From positions 35,610-99,609 of IMG/VR virus record IMGVR_UViG_3300005613_000018: DNA of 64,000 bases. The stretch is one strand, 5' to 3'. The DNA is from a virus. Below are positions 39,201 to 46,500 of the stretch, one piece after another (position 1 is the stretch's first letter; every line of letters starts with the position of its first letter). The notes below the pieces were generated by a model. The model was not told where the DNA came from. It did not search any database and saw only the letters and a program-made list of their open reading frames with translations. A program made the position numbers and the translations under genes.

Positions 39201-39360
39201 TGATAGAAACTTTGGAGACTTTAGTTGGGGTAAGATTGTACTAACCACACCACTGAAAAGGAATTCATTCAATTTCTATGGTAATAATGGATATAGTGGA
39301 ATATCTACATCGGCTGTTGTTTCAAGATCTAACCCTTTAAAATTTAAAAACTATATTTAA
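27274..39360 (+). CDS. gp7: Very large baseplate wedge initiator (gp7-like), 4028 aa
   Basis: QLP.YVREDFP..VDFL.QYY, FYKTKGT..SFKILF, HSPIIGWAYDGNPIYGPYG and YYQKFSYSLKS; lies between gp6 and gp8. Confidence 0.8.
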   Translation: MAVDRVKFQNIVASQLPRYVREDFPLLVDFLEQYYLSQEVQSGTLDLIQNIDQYVKVEELTNLKNSTVLGADLSITGTTITCSLDDNFTEGFVDTNGLIKIDDEIIFYETKTDTTFEGCVRGFSGVTSYQKSNTPDELVFSNSSITSHKSGAIIYNLNVIFLQEFLKKLKNQITPGFQDRSLASNLNQKNFIYNVDSFYKTKGTDRSFKILFGALYGEDVEVIHPSEYLFRPSDADYRVTQDFVVKAVRGNPLELKNLTLYQNTTGARGSVSDVEKINYSEGDYYKISVDYGYQRDIDVDGTIYSQFSPNPVTKILNDVSINSTTIDVDSTSSFPEAGSLAVKDIDNNDLLLSYSGKNITQFLNVTGVRNRISSKSDIELNDYSYAFVGFDRSREIRVRITSTLKDLQLSKSHSYKKGDLISVKNFGYTKTNEKLKNWNYNVKSKFDVKSVNQIDLSEEKYSIKTYNDIELKPGYNFLIQNSTKTVSTIGYVLSVNSSNSFIAKISANLNLNDTYTIENQILKGNSTEYPILKQYFANVQNTYVNSSDNILVSSNSIPNYYNIITNPYDKKIKFSGTFTSTQTLNLLNHGFYTGDVVYYQPSIIETVSTDVDGIQTITESINGFEDVDEGVYYVGRVDSNNFKLARSKGNLFVNKFITLNGTVKDNEIIYYNFFNKNVLPQSIYREITNPSNIETTYETEPGYTGILINGVEILNYKSSDVVYYGEIEEIVISSPGSGYDVINPPSLIISDEVGTGATGKCSVSGKLERIEIIDPGFDYVNTPIVKINGGNGRDAAAEVNLISLDNEVIFNSESTSSDVNLTNDTIGFSTFHKFRDYEKIVYLTNSQTSVGGISTGSFYYVGIVNDKTIKLYKNQSDSISGINTISLTSYGTGTQIIKSSEKKQVVSDILVTNSGYGYENKERIIPTSGISTSLNQILISNHGYSSKDIVRYTAGSSPISGISENKNYYVVKVDDDKFSLTEIGTGSTAADYYYNNNIFKNLTSDGNGSFNYEPITVTVDGIIGVSTSSGQDFSCKVQPIFRGSLDSISLESGGSKYGSSEVINFNRQPSISFFSGENAQLVPIIKNGQITKVEVTNSGRGYNSPPNLTIVSGTGKNAVLTPVISNGEITEVKVIKGGAGYVRDKTSIIITPAGSGAKSDVGIKIWTVNLFERNFDNIRDDDGFISGNISDESLQYSHLYAPRPLRKSTYSISGNDEDNTVYGTPDLIFDGTEIDSRYHSPIIGWAYDGNPIYGPYGFSNKDGTGSIRRMKSGYVNQSMKLDRPNFSSGFFIEDFRYVGNGDLDENNGRYCVTPDYPNGVYAYFSTINQNVDSDGPFVDHRRPVFPYLIGNTYKSIPNNFNFRSISNQTDYNLQTNTWLRYIIPYHIRRSNSRYDYIFDSDSIKKQTIEVTSSLRGEVQSVGIITGGDNYKIGDEVVFNNENTGGFDATAKVSRISGKEIDTISLNTETNSNVEFLPISNLFTGFTTTPHNLLSNDVVQIVGLSSYYKGFDGSYVVGINTSTWTLTSGIQSATSTGIVTYINVSGSFDYPIVRENDILGIGTEKVKVLNIDRLNSRFRVLREQESTVGSAHTRSTKIYEDSSKFTVNVGSIKTTRIFKVNRELYFDPSESVGIGTALGTGIGNTITFSNPGAGITQVFVSPQRIYYPKHGLKLNDPITYSSNGGTSIQVWNGTDSYKDLTDYPNLFAANITDNHIGISSNKIGIGTTGSYIGLGTDSALLYFTSVGTGNTHSFKTNLNNVLSGKVDKNVVTVSTASSHSLTVRDKININVKPKDVITVQVKYDDYNRRIVFDPKSFTSGDVNITKNTIQFSSGDFKTGDRVIHISSSPSGGLINEEMYYVITYDQTEIRLVRNHSDLTSQSPNFVNITTAGSGTLSRINPSVNVSKNNTLKFDLSDSSLAFTNNSNLYSAFNLNLYSDKNFLNEFLSLPETSSFEVKRNGRPGIDSNANLTLFVSDFVPSILYYKFNQLNLDILPDFKKSVIDNTVNGSNQINLIESPYNGSYSITSVGSTTFTYNITSSPKVTTYNSSNSSSSYNTNSSSALGSVEKVDVLNGGSSYETLPGITTVSSTNGTGVILEAFSENIGKITGYKFNEIGFNYPTDNTIRLTANLPEILNIDPFSSFESIGITSGGRNYLVAPKLVVLDGFTNEVVKDIDIFYNLGDTEVTILQNTFGIYNINPRIIPTNNSNGVGISSIIYTSSTKNVRVYLNELFGASDTFPFAIGSKVLVEGVSVGSGSTGKGYNSQKYNYQLFSLTGVNTSLGGSGAYVDYSLEGFISSGETPGSMDLINSYGRIIPEDQFPIFNPTLKTNQLLVGETVVSGSKVGIVQRWNSTAEYLFVSSSDEFLDGEIIQGLTSKSKAAIKKQIEFDAEIIVGSGTTFINGWEQIYGFLNNNLQKIPNNEYYQKFSYSLKSRIPYDTWNDPVSSLDHTAGFEKFSDLQVISIRDDSRPSVTLPEDSNLELTVDIVGEADLNCVYDFDNVTETVINNDGTLISKEINFNNKFLVDFYESIGNRVLYIDDISYLFNSNIRPTQFTSVSKFPLSYRYNKIITFAKDTVYSDERQASIVSLIQKANTAYLQEYATIDTVTELGSFDYLVPTDNPNGEWNLTFYPIKSEYNNYDLSTVSFSSIDGIVGVGSTDIGDIVHISSSQTNVAVATTTTIVSISSTYRSAKILVDLEDTSQEHYGTELSIIHDGTNVYELEYGSIVTNGTSGFGTFYSYIDGGNIKIDFTPSVGVALTANASIVSISDNSTGIGSIRLSVADLITNYKSIPSSGSPSAVGIASYDQRFYNTSYNIITVEDTTNSQYETFEVLVLNSSNIQTFVEYGNVQSGGSIGTIGISSTGNYISIDFTPNPSTAVQVRTFEIPIQIFDDNTRPEEIDLNNESIICNDGRYTGSLLDLKTTFDITHKGIDVFEREIDGSSTEFVDLVDNQIIITEHFFVTGEKIDYQAVVNGLNPNASPISIASTNVPGVGVTDKLPSTVYVVKDSDVRIRLAGSAEDALASDPVTFDFTSVGVGTVHRLTSTNQNSKVLIAVDNMIQSPIVSSGVTALLNENIVFDTRFEISGVTSISSSDLLQIDDEIVYVTDVGIGGENNVDVRRAWMGTVIASHNTNSLVTKIIGNYNITRNTLNFSQAPYGQVPLSTSFLGPEEVDWTGITTNSTFQGRTFLRSGIENSSEHTYSDNYIFDDISEEFTGVQSSFTLKSNESNVSGISTWNSIILVNGIFQQPRRISDFSQSGDYDLQEGSGITTITFTGSNSVPEGYDPNRTSLPLGGSIISLASTEGFGYQPLVAAGGTAVVSTSGTISSISIGNSGSGYRVGVQTIVNVGVQTYSSGTPNIEFIGTASISGGNIVSVAITNPGSGYTSTNPPLVVFDEPLRYEDIPLQYSSVSAVGSGLSATVNITVGQGSSIINFTLQDTGYGFGNGEILTVPIGGTTGIPTDTSKTFSEFRLTIDRIYNDSFNGWSIGVLDVLDNIDQFFDGTRKSFRLRKNGELFAISSSKGSNIDVEQTLLIFINDILQEPSLSYSMKGSSIIEFDEPPTQGDTSKILFYKGSGDDVDVIFRDILPTVKVGDSLNINNDPNKGQSSGLDQDDRIVTDILTVDSVNTNPYLGPGITTDATLSRPVTWCKQTTDKVIDGIKIGKDRENYEPLIYPSSFIIQSVGVGSTLVYVDSVRPLFNSQNEALVKAFQDKIDITSQDVTVGASATVTVSSAGTITSVNIVNAGSGYTDAPSVTIGNPIGLGTESRATVTSTISVGGTVTGFTITSPGTGYTSTNLPPVLISEQNTVRVGEVGVSSYQGDYGTLVGFGLTTQSSQNKLIVDFYIPTDSFMRDDDYVGTGITISGISTGDYFTLFNTNVAITTTGTVISESIDGTVIGVTTTFLDNVYQVSSVYTEQSEVIGVGTTAIRRVFANIVGYSTVSFDSLSESFDSTSFTFDSNVFDVLGGGISSDRNFGDFSWGKIVLTTPLKRNSFNFYGNNGYSGISTSAVVSRSNPLKFKNYI

Positions 39361-39363
39361 TAT

Positions 39364-39371
39364 TATAAATA
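39364..39371 (+). promoter_or_regulatory. T4-type late promoter TATAAATA
   Basis: Exact consensus upstream of 39391. Confidence 0.75.
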
Positions 39372-39390
39372 ATCAAAAAGAATAAAAATA

Positions 39391-40248
39391 ATGTCAAAAT
39401 TAGGAATTAGTACGGGAACAACTCCTAATGATGGAACCGGAGACACTTTACTTCAAGGTGCAGTAAAGGTAAATTCAAATTTTGATGAAGTTTATACTTT
39501 TTTGGGTGACGGATCTTCATTAACAACAATTGATAATAATAAGTTAACAAATTCTACAGTTTCTTATGGTGGTGTTCAATTATCTTTAGGTACTGCAGAT
39601 GCAACACCAGCATTTGATTTAAGTGATGCTACCAATTACCCATATTCAAGCCTTACTGGTATCACTACTGAAATTGTAGGAGATACCTCACCACGACTTG
39701 GTGGTAATTTAAATCTTAATAGTAATGATATTACTGGAACTGGTAATGTAAACATTACTGGATCTGTCACCGCAACATCATTTAGTGGGAGTGGATCCAA
39801 TATTACTGGTATTTCTACTCTCAACATCACTAATTATGGTGTTGGATTTGGTAATACAAATACACTACAAAGTAGAACAATAGTTTCTGGTTCAACAACA
39901 TCTATTGCAAACAATGGAATTGGAAATACTGACATTACTGGATTTAAGTCCTATTCACTAATGAAGGTTGGTTTATCTACAGAAGGGTGGTTAAGAATAT
40001 ATACTGATAGTGTATCAAGAGATACTGATGTTTCCAGAAGTGTTGGAGAAGATCCTTTACCTGGAAGTGGAGTGATTGCTGAAGTTGTAACAACAGGAAT
40101 CTCGACAACACAAATTATTTCACCTTTTGTAACTGGTGGTAATTTGGATGAACCAGAAACTACAACAATCTATGTATCAATTAAGAATCTTTCAGGTTCT
40201 ACTCAAGCAATTACAGCAAATCTCACAATTCTTCAACTGGAGGCATAA
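39391..40248 (+). CDS. Baseplate/fibre-associated structural protein (gp9/gp10-like N-terminus)
   Basis: GTTPNDGTGDTL..GAVKVNSNFDEVY. Confidence 0.7.
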   Translation: MSKLGISTGTTPNDGTGDTLLQGAVKVNSNFDEVYTFLGDGSSLTTIDNNKLTNSTVSYGGVQLSLGTADATPAFDLSDATNYPYSSLTGITTEIVGDTSPRLGGNLNLNSNDITGTGNVNITGSVTATSFSGSGSNITGISTLNITNYGVGFGNTNTLQSRTIVSGSTTSIANNGIGNTDITGFKSYSLMKVGLSTEGWLRIYTDSVSRDTDVSRSVGEDPLPGSGVIAEVVTTGISTTQIISPFVTGGNLDEPETTTIYVSIKNLSGSTQAITANLTILQLEA

Positions 40249-40255
40249 GTAAAAA

Positions 40256-41794
40256 ATGGCTATTACAACGACTACAATTGCAAAGGCAGCAGGTTGGGCA
40301 AGAACTGATGTTATTGATCAACTAGAACAAGCATTCACTTGGTTGGAACTACACGGAACTGAAATCTCAGGGTTAGTTACGAGTATTAGTGATTATAGTG
40401 GAGGTGGAACTGTTGGTTCTGCTGGCACTGATTATTTTGATGTTCCTGTTACAACAACATCTGGTATTGGAACTGGTGCAACTTTTGAGGTTTATAGAAA
40501 TGGTGGGACCGTAAATACAATTTATGTAAATCGTCCTGGATATGGTTATACTGATGGTGAATATGTGACTCTATCTGCAGAAGATATTGGTGGTTCTGCT
40601 AATGGTGCTGTTGCAATTGGTATTACAGTAGCAGTTGATGGTGGTGCAACTCCTGTTGGTTATGGATCAACTAATCAATTCTTTGATAAGAACTTTTCTC
40701 CTGCGGTTGATTCAACTCGGCCTTGGGGTGTATTAAAACAAGATTTTGATACAAATAAAAGATTTGGAGTGACTTACAGAGGTTTTAAACCTTATGATGA
40801 TTATAGGATGAGTTTTACTGCAGGATCTTCATTTTTTCCATTTGATACAACTAACACTTCAGATAAAGGTGGAAGATATAGAGATTCATTCAGAGGAACT
40901 AAACATTTAGACATTTCAGTATTCTCTGATTCTACTAATAATTCGTTAGATTATAATATAGATGATAGTTCACAAATTTCTGCAGTATATGGGGGTTTTC
41001 AATATGCAACAATTAACTCTCCAACAACTCATGATTTAAAATTAAATGTCTATCGTTCATCTATTGATCCTTCCTTTGCAGTTCTTTCTTTTAATCAACC
41101 ATCTGTCAGTGGCGTTATAAATGACAGTACATTTAGTACTTTTATCATTCACAATTTTACTTCAGATCTTTGGGATTTGGATGAAGTATTTTCTGCGGGA
41201 ATGACTTTTATTGATGTGGATCCATCATTAAATCAATCTGAGGGAAACACTGCAATGATAGGATTTAAAACTATATTAGTTGGAAATAGATATGCACCAA
41301 GTGATAATAGTACCAGTACAAGAACTGCGGAAGCAGGATGGGCACAAATTTATGATGGTTCTTATCAAGACGCGCGTCCAATAAAAACTTATAGTATAAC
41401 TTCATCACAAACAAATTATACAGATTCTGCTAACATCTCTGATGGGTATAATACTATAGATCCATCACACGCAACAATTTATTCAAGAACTGGTGGATTT
41501 AAAGATCGAGGAATAATTGAAAATAATGCTACTGCTTATGGAAACAGATATCCAATCACAACATATCGTTCAGTGATTAAAGGAATTCCAATTAATGGAA
41601 ATCTGATTCCTTGTCCTTATTATATGCCTGATGATTTTGTAGTAATTGATTTACAACTGGATACATCAGGACAAGATATTGTTCAGGGTGATACGATTAC
41701 AATCAGTGGATCTGAAGTTTATACTGTGATTACTGGTTCTTATAATAAGAGTAATGAAACTGCTGGCGTATTCTTCTGTGCGAGGACTGTTTGA
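40256..41794 (+). CDS. Virion structural protein (hypothetical)
   Basis: G.GATF.V...PG.GY repeat shared with baseplate proteins; lies in the late operon. Confidence 0.65.
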   Translation: MAITTTTIAKAAGWARTDVIDQLEQAFTWLELHGTEISGLVTSISDYSGGGTVGSAGTDYFDVPVTTTSGIGTGATFEVYRNGGTVNTIYVNRPGYGYTDGEYVTLSAEDIGGSANGAVAIGITVAVDGGATPVGYGSTNQFFDKNFSPAVDSTRPWGVLKQDFDTNKRFGVTYRGFKPYDDYRMSFTAGSSFFPFDTTNTSDKGGRYRDSFRGTKHLDISVFSDSTNNSLDYNIDDSSQISAVYGGFQYATINSPTTHDLKLNVYRSSIDPSFAVLSFNQPSVSGVINDSTFSTFIIHNFTSDLWDLDEVFSAGMTFIDVDPSLNQSEGNTAMIGFKTILVGNRYAPSDNSTSTRTAEAGWAQIYDGSYQDARPIKTYSITSSQTNYTDSANISDGYNTIDPSHATIYSRTGGFKDRGIIENNATAYGNRYPITTYRSVIKGIPINGNLIPCPYYMPDDFVVIDLQLDTSGQDIVQGDTITISGSEVYTVITGSYNKSNETAGVFFCARTV

Positions 41795-42006
41795 TGACTA
41801 ATTTTACAATTCCAAATTTATCAAGTGCTGTAGTTGGATTTGCAACTACAGCATTTTCTCCAACAGAAACATCATTTACTGTTGAGAATACAGAACCAGG
41901 TGGAAAAAATCGTGATATAACAGTAGAAGAAACTAGAAGAGGATGGTTAGATGGAAGAAGACCAGTAAGTGGGCAAATGTATCCCAGAGGTGTATATAAT
42001 AAATAG
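41794..42006 (+). CDS. Small hypothetical protein
   Basis: Coupled ORF ending GWLDGRRP..GQMYPRG. Confidence 0.6.
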   Translation: MTNFTIPNLSSAVVGFATTAFSPTETSFTVENTEPGGKNRDITVEETRRGWLDGRRPVSGQMYPRGVYNK

Positions 42007-42024
42007 AAAAAAACATTTGTAAAA

Positions 42025-43581
42025 ATGGCAGCTATAATCACTGATCAACTTCGTATATTAAATGCGAAAAATTTTGTTAGTGGGGTTCAATCTACTTCCA
42101 ATTCTTATTATACGTTTATTGGATTACCAAATGCATCTGACTATCAATCGGATTGGGATACGAATCCCCCATCCCCAAAAGATAGTTTAGATCAATCTAA
42201 TGATTATTGGGACACGATGTTAGCCTTAAAAAAGGTCAACTCTAGTGACATTAGTCAGGTTGTCAGAAAAATCACCTGGCAATCTGGAACCACTTATGAT
42301 ATGTGGAGAAATGATATAACAAGAGACAATCCATCTCTACCATCATCATCATTTGACATCTATGATTCTAATTTTTATGTAATGAATAGTGATTATAGAG
42401 TTTACATCTGTCTCTATAATAATGCTTCTCCAGAAAATAATTTTAATGGTGGGCCTTCTCTTGATGAACCAACTTTTACTGATTTAGAACCAAGAGAAGC
42501 TGGTAGTAGTGGTGATGGATACATTTGGAAGTATCTTTATACTATCAAACCAAGTCAAGCTATTAAATTTGACTCTACAAATTATATTCCTGTACCAACT
42601 AATTGGGAAACTAGTTCTGAAAATACTGCGGTAAGAAATAATGCTTCAAGTGGTGGACAACTTAAAGTAGTTACTATCAGAAATCGTGGAGTCGGATTAG
42701 GTTCTCCAAATATAACTTATACCGGTGTTCCAATCAAAGGTGATGGAAGTGGTGCTACGGCTACTATAGTAATCAATAATGATTCCAAAGTAGAATCAAT
42801 TACTATTTCTAAGGGTGGTAGTGGATATACATATGGCACTGTAGATTTGAAATCTGGAAATGTACCAACTGGAACGACTTCACCAGTATTTGACGTAATT
42901 ATCCCACCTCCTGGTGGACATGGTTTTGATATATACCGTGAACTTGGTGCATATAACGTACTGGCATATTCTAGATTTGAGAATGACACTGATAACCCAG
43001 ATTTTATCACTGGTAATCAGTTTGCTAGAGTTGGATTGGTAGAAAATCCACAAGCTTATAATTCTACATCACTCTTAACAACTGATAAAGCAAGTGCTAC
43101 ATATGCACTCAGATTGACAGGAGCTGGTTACAGTTCTGCAACATTTACAGCAGATTCGGAAATTAGACAAACAGTTGGTCTTGGTTCTACATCTGTTGGA
43201 AGAGTCGTTTCATATGATCCTGTTACAGGAGTATTAAAGTATTGGCAGGATAGAACAAATGTTGGATTCAATTCTGATGGGACAAAAAATTCGAGTCCTA
43301 CGTATGGATTTGAAGCTCTTAGATTTACACCATCACCAAGTTCTGGTGGAAGTGTAGTGATTGTTGGTGGAAGTACAAATCTTTCAATTAGTACTTCTTT
43401 TACAGGTATATCTACGGTAATAAATAATAGAACCTACTACTTGGGTCAAAACTTCGTAAGGGGTGTTGCACAACCAGAGTCCAAAAAGTATTCTGGAAAT
43501 ATCATTTATGTTGACAACAGACCTTCTGTAACAAGATCATCTTCTCAAAAAGAAGACGTAAAAATAATTTTACAATTCTAA
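42025..43581 (+). CDS. gp8: Baseplate wedge subunit gp8
   Basis: MAAIITDQLRI.NA, YRVYICL.N, DGYIWKYLYTI and QKEDVKIILQF. Confidence 0.9.
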   Translation: MAAIITDQLRILNAKNFVSGVQSTSNSYYTFIGLPNASDYQSDWDTNPPSPKDSLDQSNDYWDTMLALKKVNSSDISQVVRKITWQSGTTYDMWRNDITRDNPSLPSSSFDIYDSNFYVMNSDYRVYICLYNNASPENNFNGGPSLDEPTFTDLEPREAGSSGDGYIWKYLYTIKPSQAIKFDSTNYIPVPTNWETSSENTAVRNNASSGGQLKVVTIRNRGVGLGSPNITYTGVPIKGDGSGATATIVINNDSKVESITISKGGSGYTYGTVDLKSGNVPTGTTSPVFDVIIPPPGGHGFDIYRELGAYNVLAYSRFENDTDNPDFITGNQFARVGLVENPQAYNSTSLLTTDKASATYALRLTGAGYSSATFTADSEIRQTVGLGSTSVGRVVSYDPVTGVLKYWQDRTNVGFNSDGTKNSSPTYGFEALRFTPSPSSGGSVVIVGGSTNLSISTSFTGISTVINNRTYYLGQNFVRGVAQPESKKYSGNIIYVDNRPSVTRSSSQKEDVKIILQF

Positions 43582-43587
43582 AGAATT

Positions 43588-46500
43588 ATGCCACAGGAAA
43601 CTAATCTCAACGTCGCCCCTTATTTTGACGATTTTGACTCACAAAAAGACTATTATAAGGTTCTGTTTAAACCAGGTTTTCCGGTTCAAGCTAGAGAATT
43701 AACGACACTTCAATCGATTCTTCAAAATCAAGTAGAAAGTGTTGGAGATCACCTTTTCAAAGAAGGTGCTATGGTAATTCCTGGTGGACTTTCTTACCAG
43801 AAAAATTTTTATGCCATTCAAATTGATTCAGACTATCTTGGAATTCCGGTTACATTATATCTAGATCAATTGATTGGTAAAACGATTACTGGTGCAACTT
43901 CAGGTATAACAGCAAGAGTAGTAAAATATATCACCAGTTCTCAATCCGAGAGAGGAAACTGTACATTATACATTGATTATATCGATAGTAGCTCTACAGA
44001 TTTATCTTCCTCAACATTTTTAGATAATGAAGTTCTTTTAACTAACGAAAGTATTAATTACGCTACGACTTTCATTTCTGCTGGTGAAGGTTTTGCTAAA
44101 GCTATTTCACAAGATGCTTCAGCTATTGGATCATCAATGAGTATTAGTGATGGTGTCTACTTCCTGAGAGGATATTTTGTAAATGTTTCTAGTCAAACTT
44201 TAATTTTAGATCAGTATAGTAATAATTCAAGTTATAGAATTGGTTTCAATGTAGTCGAACAAATTATTTCTTCCGATGTTGATGAATCTTTAAATGATAA
44301 TGCAAAAGGATTTAATAATTATACGGCTCCAGGTGCAGATAGATTAAAGATTACTGCAACACTTTCAAAAAAATCATCTGATGATTATAATGATCAAAAT
44401 TTTATCCAATTAGCAGAAGTAAAAAATGGAGTTCTAAGAGATATAGTAACTAATACAGAGTATAATATTATTTCTGAAGAATTTGCTAGAAGAACTTTTG
44501 AGGAATCTGGAAATTATTATGTAAAGGAGTTTGTAACTAAAGTTGTTAATAGTTTAAATAATGGTTTTGGTAATAGAGGTTTATTTAATGAAAATCAATT
44601 AACTCCTTCAGGAAATGTTCCCTCAGATGATATTGGTATCTATAAAATTTCACCTGGAAAAGCTTATGTGAGAGGGTTTGAAGTTGAGACGATATCTCCC
44701 ACTTTAATTGATTTTGAAAAACCAAGAACAACTAAAACTTTAGAAGATCAAGGAATAAATTTTGGTTTTGGGCCATCTTTTGTCGTTAATAGTGTGAATG
44801 GTTGTCCATCAGTAGGAATCAATACATCTTATACTATCAGTATGAGAGATGAGAGAGTCGGAACTGATTATACAGTCACTGCTGGTAAAGAAATTGGTAT
44901 CGCTAGACTTTATGATTTTAATTTAAAATCTGGTTCATATGATTCCACTTATCCAGAATTAAATAAGTGGAATATTTCTTTGTGGGATATTAGTAAGTAT
45001 TCGGATATTACTGTAAACGAATCAGTTTCACTTACAATACCAACATATATTGAGGGTAGAACTAGTGGAGCTACTGGATATTTAAGACATGCTATTGTTG
45101 GAACAGCAATCACAGCATATGATGTTGAGGGAGAATTTATTGAAGGGGAAAGACTCTTATTTAACGGTGTAGAAGATAATTCTAGATCAACTAGAGAAGT
45201 TACTAATTATAAAATATCCGATTTCCAATCAATGCATGGCATTGTTGGATCAGGTCAAACGTTTAGTGCTAATTTCATTCCTTCCACAAGATTGGTATTT
45301 GGAAATGCATCAATTACAGCCGCTAGTAATGGAATTTCTACAGTAACAGCACCAAATGCAGATTTTCTTGGAATCGTAAAAACTGGTAATCTTTTAGGAT
45401 ATCAAAGAGCTTCTTTAGATTATCAATCTTTTGCTAAAGTAGAAAGTGTATCACAAACACAAATCACAATTTCTGGAATAACTACGGTCTCTGGTTTTGT
45501 AGATGGTGCACTACCATCCACTACAATTGAAGTTAATGATCTTTCATTGTTAGGAACCACTTTCCAACAAAAATCTCCAAGTGGAAATACCTCCCCCAAT
45601 AACTCCATTTATAGTTCATTCTCTAAAGAAAATATTTCTAATGTATCTCTGAATGATGCTACGTTAATCATAAGAAGACCTTATGATGTAACTATAACGG
45701 ATGGTTCTACGGCAACTATAACTGCAGGTGAAAATGAAGTTTTCCTTCCATATACTCAGAAAAGATATACATTAATTCTTGATGATGGTACTACAGAAAT
45801 ATTATCAGCATCTAAATTAACATTTGGTTCCGGAAGTACAAATCTCACCGTTAATGGATTATCAGGAAGTGGTTCTGCCCAATTAGTCACTACTATCAGA
45901 AAAGATAAAATATTTGAAAAGGTAAAAGTAAATAACACATCATTATCCACTATTATAAACAAGTCTTCTCAATCAAATTCTGGTGTTGGTGCAACAACAC
46001 TAAATGATGGTCTTACTTATGGTAACTATCCTTTTGGTACTAGGGTTCAGGACTCAAAAATTTCTTTAAATGTTCCCGATGTTGTTAGAGTTTTTGGAGT
46101 ATTTGAATCAAAAACAACTAGTGATCCAGAATCACCAAACATGACAACTTCTTTGATGAGTGGTTCTACATCTACAACCAATGATCTTATAATCTCTGAA
46201 CAAATTGTTGGAAGTACTAGTGGAGCTTTGGCCAAGTATATTTTTAGAAAAAGTGATACTTCTATTAATTTCATATATGAAAATCAAAATACTTTCCAAA
46301 ATGGTGAAGTTGTAACATTTACTTCTTCAGGAGTGACTGCAGTAGTATCTGATTTGAGTATCGGAAGTAAAAATATAACTTCTAGATTCTCTCTGGATCA
46401 GGCTCAAGAAGAAACATTTTATGATTATTCTAGAATTGTTAGGAATGAAGATGTAATATCACCGTCTAAAAAAATTATTGTATACTATCAATCAGCTTCA

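Noticed and set aside
27274-39360. Intein or intron in the 4028-aa baseplate protein
   Set aside because: No C...HN(C/S/T) splice motifs or frame breaks seen; length is explained by repeated structural modules.
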